Source: Poseidonia sp. (GTDB taxonomy: Archaea; Thermoplasmatota; Poseidoniia; Poseidoniales; Poseidoniaceae). From it: DNA of 64,000 nt. Each line of letters opens with the position of its first letter. Within the stretch, counting starts at the first letter, position 1. A program made the position numbers and the translations under genes. The stretch covers positions 1,041 through 65,040 of the forward strand of contig JAURAI010000009.1 of the NCBI GenBank assembly GCA_030829545.1, written 5' to 3'. The notes below the pieces were generated by a model. The model was not told where the DNA came from, searched no databases, and was given only the letters and a program-made list of their open reading frames with translations. This document shows positions 21,001 to 29,831 of the stretch, one piece after another.

Positions 21001-24000
21001 CATCCCAAGCCCCGTCAACAGCAGCAGCAGGACGTTCCTGGATGGCCACCCAATGACCCGTACTGTTCATCGTCATCAAGGAGGAAACTGCATTCCCTCG
21101 TACGGCGAGAATGGGGAAAGCTCCTCCCTCGAGGTCCAAGCGGAACTCGCCTGTGATACCACTTGGTTGAGTTATGGTATGTTGAGTCCAATTCGCATCA
21201 CCTGGCCACTGTTCGTAGACGCTCAACGTTCCATCATTGGACAAGGTTGCGACGAGAATTGACCCGTTATTCAATTTCGCCATGTCAATGTGAACATCAG
21301 AATCGGTTCCGTTGGCGATGATACTTTTGCTAAGTGAGGCACCGTCATAGGTCCAAAGTGAAAGATTTGATTCACTCGCTCCGTCGTCTTGGGTGACCAA
21401 TGCGACGGCGAGTTCATCGTTCGCTAACAGCATCGTCGGGTGTTGAGAGGATACTGCTTCGCCTTCTTCACCCAGGGTGCTTAGCGTCCACGAACTGTCG
21501 CGAACGGCCAGCGCAAGTTGATCGGTGTCGCTGTGTCGATAGATGAGGTGCGGCACATCGGTACTGTTGACTTGAACGGAAATATTGCCCCCGAGAACGA
21601 CACTGTTACGCACCATTTCTGAGGTCCATCCATTCGTTCCATCGTAGGCTGAATAGAATATTTGCTGGCCAGCCCCCGTAGTGTAAGCAATTGCTTGTAT
21701 GCCATGCTGGTCAATTGATGACCCGAGATATTGTCCAACCGTACCCGTAGAAGCCACATTTTGTTGAACGGCCGTCATCGAACGGGTTGTGTGAAGATTG
21801 ATGGCATTCTCGTCTTGAGTGACCACTACGGGTTGTCCTGTTGAACGCGCCTTGAAAATGAAGGTCGTGTTGGTATTTGCATCATTGGTGACGGATTGAT
21901 GGACCCATTGCCCCGAAGGAGTCTGGTCTTTCATGTGCTCAAGTTTGATGAGGTGCATTCCTGTATTATCGGTGTACGTGAAAACAATGCTCGTTTCACC
22001 ACGATGCGCAGTGGCAAGGTCGAGTCCTTGGGCCGTACCTGAATATGGGAAGGAAATCGATTCCCAGTCACGTTCACTTAGTACATGATATTCAAGGCCG
22101 TATGCTGCTCCTTGTAGGCTATTTCGTGCTGAAAAGATCATTTCACCCAAACCATCCCCATTGATGTCACCCATGGCGACCATGCTCTGTCCAATCAGTT
22201 GGTTGCTTGTGCCCTGTGCGAGCAATTGAGGTTCTGACTGCAATCCAGCGGCACTACCGAGATAGATCTCAACCTTCCCCGATTGATCGCCGTTCAAGCT
22301 TGAGATGTAGACATCATCATAGCCGTCCTCGTTAATATCGCCCGCTGAAGCGATCGCTTCACCAATGCGTGAATTCTGCACGCTCGGAACAAGCGTCCAA
22401 TCCGGTTCGTTTTGGTAGCCGCTGTCGCTTCCGTCGTACATCCATAATTTACCACCGCCGAAGGTTTCTGTGCCGTTGTAGGGTTCGGTGATGATATGGT
22501 CGTCAAATCCATCGGCATGGATATCGTCAACACAGCGTACAAGATGGCCGAAGAGACGTCCTTGGATGTTAGTCTCGAGGGTATGGTCGGGGGTGCCATT
22601 GTATCCCGTGGCCGAGCCACTGAAATATTCAACAGATGAGTAATCCGGCGAAGACGAGTATGTTCCTACGTTGCTAATGATCAATTCTTGATGACCATCC
22701 CCGTTCATGTCACAGCCCTCAACTGAGCGACCAAACATGTTGCCATTCTTTGAGGCCGTCAAGTTACGTTGACTGGAAAGGTTGAATTCACCACCGTCAT
22801 AGAGATTGACTTTTCCAGTGAGCATTGATGCCCCGGAACCGAAAACGTGCCCGTACGCTGCTGCTGCAAGCATGTCTGCTTGCCCGTCGTGGACAAGGGT
22901 GGAAAGATAACTGCCCAAACGCTCTCCATTCAAGCCAGAAACAGACCACCATGGCATGGCTGAAATTCCCGATGAATTGCCGAGATAAACATGAACCTGC
23001 CCGTGAGTGAGGTTGGAATCGTTGGTTGGATTCCATCCGGGGAGGCCAACTGCAAGATCTTGAATTCCATCATGGTTGAAATCACCTGTATCCAAACCAG
23101 CACCGAAATGAGTTCCATTAGCCTCACCTGCTAGAATCATATCGGGAACCTCAGCGACACCACTTGAAGACCCGTAATAGATGTCGACGCGACCGTTCTC
23201 AACATAGGTCAGTAAACTGGCCTCTGGTGTAGCGATGATCAGGTCATCAAAGCCATCGTTGTTGAGGTCGGCAAATTTGATTGCTCCCTCAGAGGCGTCC
23301 TCTTCACCTGCCACAATTTGGGTTGGCGTTGGATTCACCCGGCCAGAATCTTGACCCGCTAAGGAACGGATGAGATTGATTGAAAAGGCATTTTCAGATT
23401 GCGTCATGGTAGCGACTTGCTCAATGTTTTGGTCATCCAAACCCATCCCAACTCCGTCAACAATCGTGCTATCTGTGGCCAGAATACGCAGGTCGTGCTC
23501 CGCACCATCAATACGTAGCAGGACCACCTCTCCAGAAGATGAACGGGTGTAGAGGATATGAATCAGACCTTGGTCGTCAATGTCAAGTTCGAAATCTTCA
23601 CCGACAGGCCCTGCATCCAAGAGATAATCCGTCCAATATGCTCCACTAAAATTCACTTGATGAAGGGCACCAGATTCTGTCCGCATCAATCCCCATTCAA
23701 GTCCTTCCGAGGTGATGTCCAAGGCAAGGTGGGTTGCATTCACATCTTCCATGATGGTCCGCGTGTGCCAGCGAGGGCCGTCGAAATATGTCGCACTCTC
23801 CCGAGCATATCGCCCCATTTTCAAGTCTGGACCATCAGCGTAAAGGACACGGGGCAACTCATTGGCGGTGATTCCAATTGCGCAATCCACCAGGTTTGTT
23901 GTATTGGTGGCCGCAACGGTATCCACAAGGCTGGAGGTCCACGTTCCAGAGGGGCGATGAACCGCTGTTCGAACGGGTCCTTCTTCTGTACTCCAACAGT

Positions 24001-24337
24001 AATGCTCCTTGTCGTGACGAGTCAATTTGAGGTCCGGAGTACCGTGGTTTTCGGTGCTTGAATTGTTCAACTCTTGACTGTGCCAATAATCAAACATTGA
24101 TTCTTCCTTCACCACGGCATTTTCCATACCATCAAAGGTGATGGTCGTGCCTGCAAAGTCGTGCCCGTACCCGGAGGTGGTGGTATACAGACTGCTTTGG
24201 CGAGGTGAATCATTTGCCTCTTCAAGCACCGATATTTCGTCGGGTAGAGCCAACATCGGTGACCATGAGGCCAGAAGGAACGTAAGGACAACAAGGACGC
24301 TTTTTCCAAATGTTCTTCGAGAAAAGGCGTCGGACAT
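18017..24337 (-). CDS. 2106-aa cell-surface protein with FG-GAP (integrin-alpha-like) repeats, thrombospondin type-3 repeats, TM and cytoplasmic tail
   Basis: Signal peptide; repeated DLNNDGFDDLIIA / GDFNHDGIQDLAVG / GDINEDGYDD with G.V..Y.G; many DxDGDG..D..D.CP repeats; TM near the C-terminus followed by acidic and Pro/Arg-rich tail. Confidence 0.88.
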   Translation of the reverse strand: MSDAFSRRTFGKSVLVVLTFLLASWSPMLALPDEISVLEEANDSPRQSSLYTTTSGYGHDFAGTTITFDGMENAVVKEESMFDYWHSQELNNSSTENHGTPDLKLTRHDKEHYCWSTEEGPVRTAVHRPSGTWTSSLVDTVAATNTTNLVDCAIGITANELPRVLYADGPDLKMGRYARESATYFDGPRWHTRTIMEDVNATHLALDITSEGLEWGLMRTESGALHQVNFSGAYWTDYLLDAGPVGEDFELDIDDQGLIHILYTRSSSGEVVLLRIDGAEHDLRILATDSTIVDGVGMGLDDQNIEQVATMTQSENAFSINLIRSLAGQDSGRVNPTPTQIVAGEEDASEGAIKFADLNNDGFDDLIIATPEASLLTYVENGRVDIYYGSSSGVAEVPDMILAGEANGTHFGAGLDTGDFNHDGIQDLAVGLPGWNPTNDSNLTHGQVHVYLGNSSGISAMPWWSVSGLNGERLGSYLSTLVHDGQADMLAAAAYGHVFGSGASMLTGKVNLYDGGEFNLSSQRNLTASKNGNMFGRSVEGCDMNGDGHQELIISNVGTYSSSPDYSSVEYFSGSATGYNGTPDHTLETNIQGRLFGHLVRCVDDIHADGFDDHIITEPYNGTETFGGGKLWMYDGSDSGYQNEPDWTLVPSVQNSRIGEAIASAGDINEDGYDDVYISSLNGDQSGKVEIYLGSAAGLQSEPQLLAQGTSNQLIGQSMVAMGDINGDGLGEMIFSARNSLQGAAYGLEYHVLSERDWESISFPYSGTAQGLDLATAHRGETSIVFTYTDNTGMHLIKLEHMKDQTPSGQWVHQSVTNDANTNTTFIFKARSTGQPVVVTQDENAINLHTTRSMTAVQQNVASTGTVGQYLGSSIDQHGIQAIAYTTGAGQQIFYSAYDGTNGWTSEMVRNSVVLGGNISVQVNSTDVPHLIYRHSDTDQLALAVRDSSWTLSTLGEEGEAVSSQHPTMLLANDELAVALVTQDDGASESNLSLWTYDGASLSKSIIANGTDSDVHIDMAKLNNGSILVATLSNDGTLSVYEQWPGDANWTQHTITQPSGITGEFRLDLEGGAFPILAVRGNAVSSLMTMNSTGHWVAIQERPAAAVDGAWDVLHTGTHILMLTSDPVTQHLIVNTAELSGVHSGFAPWMSVQFGDVVVSEELNAMVDANGTVHMAYWDTVNDDVIILRLYQDQDRDLVFDLVDAMPSVGDQWMNSDGDNYGDNALGPLPDACPTTNGPSSYLIFGCEDYDLDGYKDSIDGCDDVGGTSWIDRYGCGDLDQDGWSDNDASYYDGDQFKGNWKQALDTDGDGFGDNHGVDCCSVPLDPNAGAGDLFPYLASQYEDYDGDGYGNNDTDTVHGDYCPWNYGESWRDRNGCLDSDNDGSSDTSDVGTIFEWNITHGADVWPFDPTQWVDSDGDGFGDNDSENATNPDQFKFYPAAANDTDGDGFPDNWTALYNGSNAMGLKLDGCSDIWGNSTRPVVGCLDSDGDSYTNIYSYDLNTTSGLRENQQGDAFPYLDSQWSDADGDGFGDQLAGFEGDQCPTEAGVLNGTDGIGCRLIDIADSDGDGVINDLDTLCPTTPVGEPVNAEGCAQSELDDDNDGVKNNLDLCASTPTGVSVDTEGCSIEQRTSDTDGDGVNDPEDACAATPSGETVDTNGCAESQRDSDGDGLSDLDDACDDTPVGFPILDNGCTDESALDTDLDGDGYSGMYTYDVDNETGLHTNQTGDAFPSDPTQWFDSDGDGYGDNPDPASNADDCPDEAGTSFRDFQGCYDDGDGWRDEMEPSSTREDPTQWQDTDFDSFGDNWGDASWNATRDAYYQRLNLNDPGQFIEGAGFPDRCPNTPFGLTNQVDEFGCHISERDTDGDGVLDDEDNCVDQPKGIDGYDDGCPYVPLAGDGEAGLFGLDAGTLMVIIGGGGLGLVLVGLIIARMLREDDDEDEDDDDYFFDDDDDEEENVLDALDRKGVSPMASRPRQASQPRSTPAPKAGPKSPPGRQKSSGPPGRQPPARGPPARGAPAQKVAKKKSVSSEPEPSAKVRKARIQVDLSIFEDWQEDDRESAVDWVVGAISEGEDERSVLMQLQETGWSAEQSRAICNLAKNRSA
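18640..20760 (-). repeat. TSP3-like Ca-binding peptide repeats (QWxDxDGDGxGDN / DxCP / GCxDxDxDG)
   Basis: More than 20 degenerate copies visible in the translation; boundaries approximate. Confidence 0.8.
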
Positions 24338-24384
24338 AGCCTATACACATATGCCGACCTAGAAAATCATTGTTCAAGAAATCC

Positions 24385-24403
24385 TGACCCCCTATGGGGG
24401 TCA
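24385..24403. promoter_or_regulatory. perfect inverted repeat between divergent promoters
   Basis: TGACCCCC-TAT-GGGGGTCA. Confidence 0.5.
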
Positions 24404-24463
24404 ATCCCATCGGCGAAGGAGAACAACCGCTGACTTGAGAAAGGAGCTAAACCTAGGCTCTCC

Positions 24464-25129
24464 ATGGCTGAGGGTACGTGGTTGGTGGTAGCCAATGGAA
24501 CATGGCCTAACCGTGAGACTGTGAAGGCCCTTGTCCAAAAATCGCATCAACTGATTGTCTGTGACGGCGCATTAAACCGCTGGAGTGGGGACCTCAAGGC
24601 ACCCACGATCGTAATCGGTGATTTTGATTCAGTCGAACCCTCCTTCCTTGCAGAATGGGAAGCCAAAGGTAGCCAGTTGTTAAAAATCGATAATCAAGAG
24701 ACCAACGACTTGCACAAAGCCCTGGCTCACATCCACTCCATCGGAGCACTTTCATGTCTTATTTTGGGAGCAACAGGTGGCGACCCTGCTCATGAAGTTG
24801 CCAACCTTTTGACCTGCAGCACCCTACCGCTTGAAACTCGATGGCAAACTCAGACTCACGAATATCTCTTTTTCAATCCCGGAGCGCCATATTCTATAGA
24901 TTTTGAGGCGGGGCAAGAATTCTCACTTTTCGCATTGGAGAGGGCCACCGGAGTCACGCTCAAAGGGGCTCGCTTTCCTCTCGAGGATGAGCCCTTGATG
25001 CGCGGCTCAAGAGGATTGCACAATCAAGCGACGACTATGAGGATTGACTTGGCCTACGAAGCAGGCAATCTGATGATGATCAGGGCTCTTCAGGAAGAGG
25101 CCCCTTTGGAAGATGGGAACGAAGCATAG
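24464..25129 (+). CDS. thiN: thiamine pyrophosphokinase
   Basis: ANG, CDGA, IGDFDS, QETNDL.KAL, LGATGG..H..AN, G..FPL and G..N motifs. Confidence 0.88.
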   Translation: MAEGTWLVVANGTWPNRETVKALVQKSHQLIVCDGALNRWSGDLKAPTIVIGDFDSVEPSFLAEWEAKGSQLLKIDNQETNDLHKALAHIHSIGALSCLILGATGGDPAHEVANLLTCSTLPLETRWQTQTHEYLFFNPGAPYSIDFEAGQEFSLFALERATGVTLKGARFPLEDEPLMRGSRGLHNQATTMRIDLAYEAGNLMMIRALQEEAPLEDGNEA

Positions 25130-25970
25130 CCGAATAGTCTTCAACGCCATCCCACGATTGTGATTTCTCATCGATTCGAGCATGCTCGAGTGTTTTCTCA
25201 AAGCCCCCCCAGTCCTCAATCAATTTGAGTTTGTGGGCCGCACGAGGTGTATAGCCTGGAAAGAAATTTCTCCAAAGGAAGGGGATTCGTCCTGGAGTTA
25301 CTTTGTTCACAATCCGAACGATGGATGTATTGCATGTTGTCAAAAGGGAATGGTACCATTCTGGAGACACCGCAAGGGAATTCAATTTCCCGATAAGCCC
25401 CATCAACAGATCTTTGTCTTTCCCAGGCGGTGTGATGGCCCTGAACATGTAATCTCGATTGCCCCGCCCGTGAGTTCGTAATCCAGTGACATCTCGTTCA
25501 AAGCCCACCAAGAGATAGAGCTCATAGGCTCTCCAGAACCCCTTCCAGGGATGATAACGTTCGCTTTTTTCTCGGCGAGCTTCAAAGGAAAAGGAGAGGC
25601 ATGTTCCGTCTTCAAATTCAAAGGTAAGATAGGTGTGTGCCATTCCATGAATTGAATGAAAGTGGTCAACCATGAACCATACGTCCTTGAGTTCATCAAG
25701 GCGAACTTTGACCTCTTCTGCCCAATGCTCATCACGGTCTCGTGTTGTACGCCATACAAAATCTCGAACCATGTGGAAGGTGATTTCGTTTCCATCGATG
25801 GTGGCAGTGGTCGCATGTTCACAATCGTTTTCCCAATGGAGGTCAAGTGAAGGTTGCAGGGGGCGTATTCGAGTCCACCACAGGTAGAAGGAGCGCAAGA
25901 TGACGAGCACGATGAGTCCGAGCAAGACGATTCCAATTCTCTCAAGCCAAGTCATCTCATTCCCACCCAT
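25080..25970 (-). CDS. DUF4105 / Lnb N-terminal-like domain membrane protein
   Basis: N-terminal TM; VRDFVWR, AHTYLTF.F.DG..L..S.EARRE, YELY....ERD...LR and PEWY.SL.TTC motifs; start moved to MGGNEM. Confidence 0.75.
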   Translation of the reverse strand: MGGNEMTWLERIGIVLLGLIVLVILRSFYLWWTRIRPLQPSLDLHWENDCEHATTATIDGNEITFHMVRDFVWRTTRDRDEHWAEEVKVRLDELKDVWFMVDHFHSIHGMAHTYLTFEFEDGTCLSFSFEARREKSERYHPWKGFWRAYELYLLVGFERDVTGLRTHGRGNRDYMFRAITPPGKDKDLLMGLIGKLNSLAVSPEWYHSLLTTCNTSIVRIVNKVTPGRIPFLWRNFFPGYTPRAAHKLKLIEDWGGFEKTLEHARIDEKSQSWDGVEDYSAMLRSHLPKGPLPEEP

Positions 25971-27261
25971 GCCAAATTTGCCATTCATCATCCCACCAAT
26001 CCAACGTCCCATCGGCGTGTTGACGCCAAAGAACACCTTGGTCATCAAGTGTGGTAGGCAATCCTTGGGCATCTGGAGAGCCGTCTTCAAGGACTTGCGG
26101 TGTTGGGCCAAGAGAAGGAAGTTGCAGGGGCTCTGGCTCTCTGTTACGGATCAACAAAATGAACACGAGCAAGGTGACAATCAACGCAAGTGCACCAATG
26201 GAGAACCATCCAACTGATTCGGTTGGCGTCTCGGGCCCGAGTGAGGTCGATGGCAAAGCTGCGCTTTCATTTTCGCTGAGGTCCGGTTGTGGCAAACGAA
26301 TAAGATTCATACCCTGTGTAGAAGAAATCATTTTTTCAGTCACAATTTCAAGGGATATCAAGTAGGCCCCTGCAGGAAGTTCACTGCAGTCCAAAGAGGT
26401 ACTGTTGGCGCCTTCAACGACCTTCCCCTTGATGCGCCAAACCTTCATCAACCCGTCATAATCCATGTTCTGTGTTGTTTTCACAGCGATTTTGCAAGGT
26501 GTTTCTGTGGTATTTTGATGGCCACTTGCGACGAGTGAAAATTCAGGAGGAGGGCGATTGTTGATGGTGAAATTCAGCGTGGATTCTGCTGTTTGCCCCA
26601 ACCCGTTTCGGTAGGTCTCCTTAAGTTTGTAATCGCCTGCTGGCCATGATGAACAATCCAGTGTTTCGTCCGAATCAAGGACGCTGAATGGTGCTCCGGT
26701 GAAGGTACGAACACCGGTCTCTCCATAGCGTGGTCCTGTTTCATCACCAAAATGCCGGTGGATTTCACACACTTCCCCCGTCCTGATGGAACTTGCAGCA
26801 TTCAGTTGAAGGTCAACCAATGGGATTTGTAATGCAGGTTTGAGAAGGAAGGTTGGAAGCGGATATGAAGCGATGGAATCGCCGTCATCATCAAAGAAAT
26901 CAAGCCTCAAATCGTGTTCGCCCGCTGACCAAGCATCGTAGATCAGACTCACATTGGTTTGACCTTCAAAGGACACTTCGATGGTTTCAAGAACATCTCG
27001 TTCCTTATGCAACCCCCTCAATTTGATTATGAGGTCGTTTTCGGCCGAGGTTGAATTCAAAACAATCACAACACGAACCGCGTCAATGTCACTGTCTTGA
27101 TTGGTGTCAATGGTATCGTTTCTCAAAGCCAGCAGAGTCAAACCGCGCTCTGCAAGGCGTTCCTCAGCAGTCATATCGGCTGATGCCTGGGGCATTGGTA
27201 CGAGCAAAAGCATCAGCAAGAGAGTGATGGTGTACGCCGTCATGCGGGGATTACTGAGCAT
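25957..27261 (-). CDS. secreted Ig-like membrane-anchored protein with Trp-rich cytoplasmic tail
   Basis: Signal peptide, beta-rich repeats with LDCS motifs, TM, and tail DDQGVLWRQHADGTLDWWDDEWQIW; overlaps both neighbours. Confidence 0.7.
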   Translation of the reverse strand: MLSNPRMTAYTITLLLMLLLVPMPQASADMTAEERLAERGLTLLALRNDTIDTNQDSDIDAVRVVIVLNSTSAENDLIIKLRGLHKERDVLETIEVSFEGQTNVSLIYDAWSAGEHDLRLDFFDDDGDSIASYPLPTFLLKPALQIPLVDLQLNAASSIRTGEVCEIHRHFGDETGPRYGETGVRTFTGAPFSVLDSDETLDCSSWPAGDYKLKETYRNGLGQTAESTLNFTINNRPPPEFSLVASGHQNTTETPCKIAVKTTQNMDYDGLMKVWRIKGKVVEGANSTSLDCSELPAGAYLISLEIVTEKMISSTQGMNLIRLPQPDLSENESAALPSTSLGPETPTESVGWFSIGALALIVTLLVFILLIRNREPEPLQLPSLGPTPQVLEDGSPDAQGLPTTLDDQGVLWRQHADGTLDWWDDEWQIWHGWE

Positions 27262-29770
27262 CGATCTCACCTCCTTGCATCTCCGGGAGCGGTGGTAGGT
27301 CTTCTAGGGGAATCAATTGCGGAACAGTGGTGCCAATTCCAGGTGCTGCCATGAGTTTCATCTCTGCATCAAAAGCAAGTTGTTCCATCATGGTAGCCCT
27401 GCTGCGAGACATTCGGACGATGAGTGCTCCTGCGCCCCCGATCAGGAAGCCGAGTCCAATGATGAGGTAGGTCAACCACGAAGCGGCTGGGTCTTCTCCC
27501 ATAATGGCGATGGCGGCTGCTAATTCGCCATAATCATTTGACCATCCGTCTCCATTTTCGTCAGGGCACCCCTGAAGGTCGCGCTTGGACTCACCTGCCA
27601 CATCGGGGCAGTCGTCCCTGAACGCACCCAAAGGAAGGTCACCAAAGCCGTCCCTGTCGGTATCGGCCCATTGCAGTGCTTCGGTTGGGAAGGCATCGCC
27701 CATTCCAAATGGATGAGCTGGCCAATTTTCCGTAGGGTCCGACCAACCATCGCCGTCGGTATCACGGCAGCCAAGACGGTCGAGAATTGAGGTACCACGT
27801 GTTTCTGGACAGGCGTCTCCTTGATGTCCAGTCATTCGATCGCCGTAGCCATCACCATCACTGTCCCTCCATTGAGAGGGTTCGTGAATAAAGGCGTCAC
27901 CCAAATTTGACCAGCCGTCACCGTCGGTATCCTGGCAACCCCATCGGTCGCCGCCGGATGAAGGACCGACCGAAGTACCTGCTACGTCGGGACAGACATC
28001 CGCAGTTGTGCCCATTGGGTTATCGCCACGTCCATCGCCGTCGCTGTCATGCCACTGCGTTGGGTCTTGTGGCCATGCATCACCAGAACCGCCCGGGCTA
28101 GCAAGCCAGTAGGAGGTCGGATCAGACCAGCCATCACCGTCACCGTCCGGGCAACCCCAGCGGTCGAAGGTCGAATTACCCTCGGTCGTTCGGCAGCTGT
28201 CGGGCCGGTAGGATGTCCTCCATGTTTGGCCGTCAAAATACTCGAGATTATCCCCGTAGGAATCATCATCGGTGTCGTGCCATTGTGAGGCATCATCAGG
28301 GAAAGCATCTGCAAAACCAAATGGATGAGCAGTCCACAATTCAGTTGGATCTGAATAGCCGTCCTTGTCCGTGTCTCGGCAACCCAACCGGTCGAAACGG
28401 GAAATCCAATCGTTGTCGACTTCCTCGGCGGTTGAGGCGACACACACATCTCCCTCGAATCCAGTCAGGTTATCACCATAGCCATCCCCGTCACTGTCTC
28501 GGAATTGAGATGGGACGAATGGGAAGTCATCGATTTGAGTGGCACCGTAGGTTTGGTTATCACCCCACCCGTCATCATCGGTATCCTGCCACTGGGTTGG
28601 GTTGAACGGGAAATCATCGATGAGTTGAGCGCCCATTGTTTGGTTGTCGCCCCATCCGTCTCGGTCAGAATCTTCCCATTGGGTCGGTTCTGCAGGGAAG
28701 GCATCTGAACCGTTTTCAATGGTCCAGTTTTCATCGCCGTCAGAAAAGGTATCTGCGTCTGAATCAGGGCAGCCAAACCGATCTGAGAAGGACGTGCCCG
28801 TAAGGAAAGGACAGGCGTCAGGTTGCGAGGCATTGCCGACATATTGACCGATTCCCCACACTGCACGGCTATCGTTGAGTGAAGCGTCAGCCCAATTATC
28901 GCCGTATCCATCGTTATCGGTGTCGTTCCATTGGCTGCTTTCAGAAACAAATGCATCGGCTTTTCCTACGGGATGTGCAAACCATGCCTCATAGCCGTTG
29001 AGGCCGCCAGGGTCTGGGTCAGAATAGGAGTCCCCATCGGAATCAATGCATCCGTATCGGTCAGAGGAAGAGTAGCCTCGGCTGTATTGACAGTGGTCGC
29101 CTTGGTAGCCCTCGAGGTTGTCTCCGTAGCCGTCGTTATCTGAGTCAAGCCATTGTGAGGATTCACTTGCAAAGGCGTCTGCACCGTTTTGAACGCCCCA
29201 CCCTGTATCGGGATCGGACCATCCATCACCGTCTGAATCCGTGCAACCTTTTCGGTCGTTGGTCGAGGTACCTACCAAGAAGGTGCAGTCGTCTTCGGTA
29301 TCAACAAAACCATCTTCATCGCTGTCACGATTGGTTTTGTCAATGGACGGGGTAATGGTATAATCAAAGCCATCATTACACCACGAGTCTTTTCCTTCGA
29401 CTTTCAGGATGATTTCTCCGGCTGTGGAAAGCGTGGACGAAAGTGTTGAGGTCGGTGAACCATCGTCCACATTTTGAGTAACAGACCCCATCGTGAAGGT
29501 GCCTTCCCATCCATCGTTTAGGCACCACCATGCGGGATTGCTCATGCTTCCCGAGAATGTTACTTGCACGATGTCGCCCTTTTTCCCTTGAATTTTCCAA
29601 TAGTCACGCTTGTCGTTGGGAGAACAGCCGTCTGGGTCACAAACATAGCCGCTAGAAGAGACTCCATCAGTGAGACCGTTAGCGCTTGTAGCGGTGTCAT
29701 CGGCTGATGCAACGGGCAGATGAAGCAGGGTGATGGAAAGGAAGACTACCAGCCACCACCTGCCTCCCAT
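27251..29770 (-). CDS. thrombospondin type-3 repeat surface protein
   Basis: Signal peptide, small beta domain, ~600 aa of DAFPxxPTQWxDxDGDGxGDN / DRxGCxDxDGDGWSD repeats, C-terminal TM. Confidence 0.88.
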   Translation of the reverse strand: MGGRWWLVVFLSITLLHLPVASADDTATSANGLTDGVSSSGYVCDPDGCSPNDKRDYWKIQGKKGDIVQVTFSGSMSNPAWWCLNDGWEGTFTMGSVTQNVDDGSPTSTLSSTLSTAGEIILKVEGKDSWCNDGFDYTITPSIDKTNRDSDEDGFVDTEDDCTFLVGTSTNDRKGCTDSDGDGWSDPDTGWGVQNGADAFASESSQWLDSDNDGYGDNLEGYQGDHCQYSRGYSSSDRYGCIDSDGDSYSDPDPGGLNGYEAWFAHPVGKADAFVSESSQWNDTDNDGYGDNWADASLNDSRAVWGIGQYVGNASQPDACPFLTGTSFSDRFGCPDSDADTFSDGDENWTIENGSDAFPAEPTQWEDSDRDGWGDNQTMGAQLIDDFPFNPTQWQDTDDDGWGDNQTYGATQIDDFPFVPSQFRDSDGDGYGDNLTGFEGDVCVASTAEEVDNDWISRFDRLGCRDTDKDGYSDPTELWTAHPFGFADAFPDDASQWHDTDDDSYGDNLEYFDGQTWRTSYRPDSCRTTEGNSTFDRWGCPDGDGDGWSDPTSYWLASPGGSGDAWPQDPTQWHDSDGDGRGDNPMGTTADVCPDVAGTSVGPSSGGDRWGCQDTDGDGWSNLGDAFIHEPSQWRDSDGDGYGDRMTGHQGDACPETRGTSILDRLGCRDTDGDGWSDPTENWPAHPFGMGDAFPTEALQWADTDRDGFGDLPLGAFRDDCPDVAGESKRDLQGCPDENGDGWSNDYGELAAAIAIMGEDPAASWLTYLIIGLGFLIGGAGALIVRMSRSRATMMEQLAFDAEMKLMAAPGIGTTVPQLIPLEDLPPLPEMQGGEIDAQ

Positions 29771-29831
29771 GAATCGGGATAGGTCTATGGATTATCAAAC
29801 GAACTCCTACGGAGGCTCGGCGTTTGGAGAT

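Noticed and set aside
18640..29330. Recurrent ccgtcaccgtc/ccatcgccgtc DNA motifs suggesting a CRISPR array or DNA repeat family
   Set aside because: They are degenerate, irregularly spaced and in frame, and encode DGDG peptides of the TSP3 repeats.
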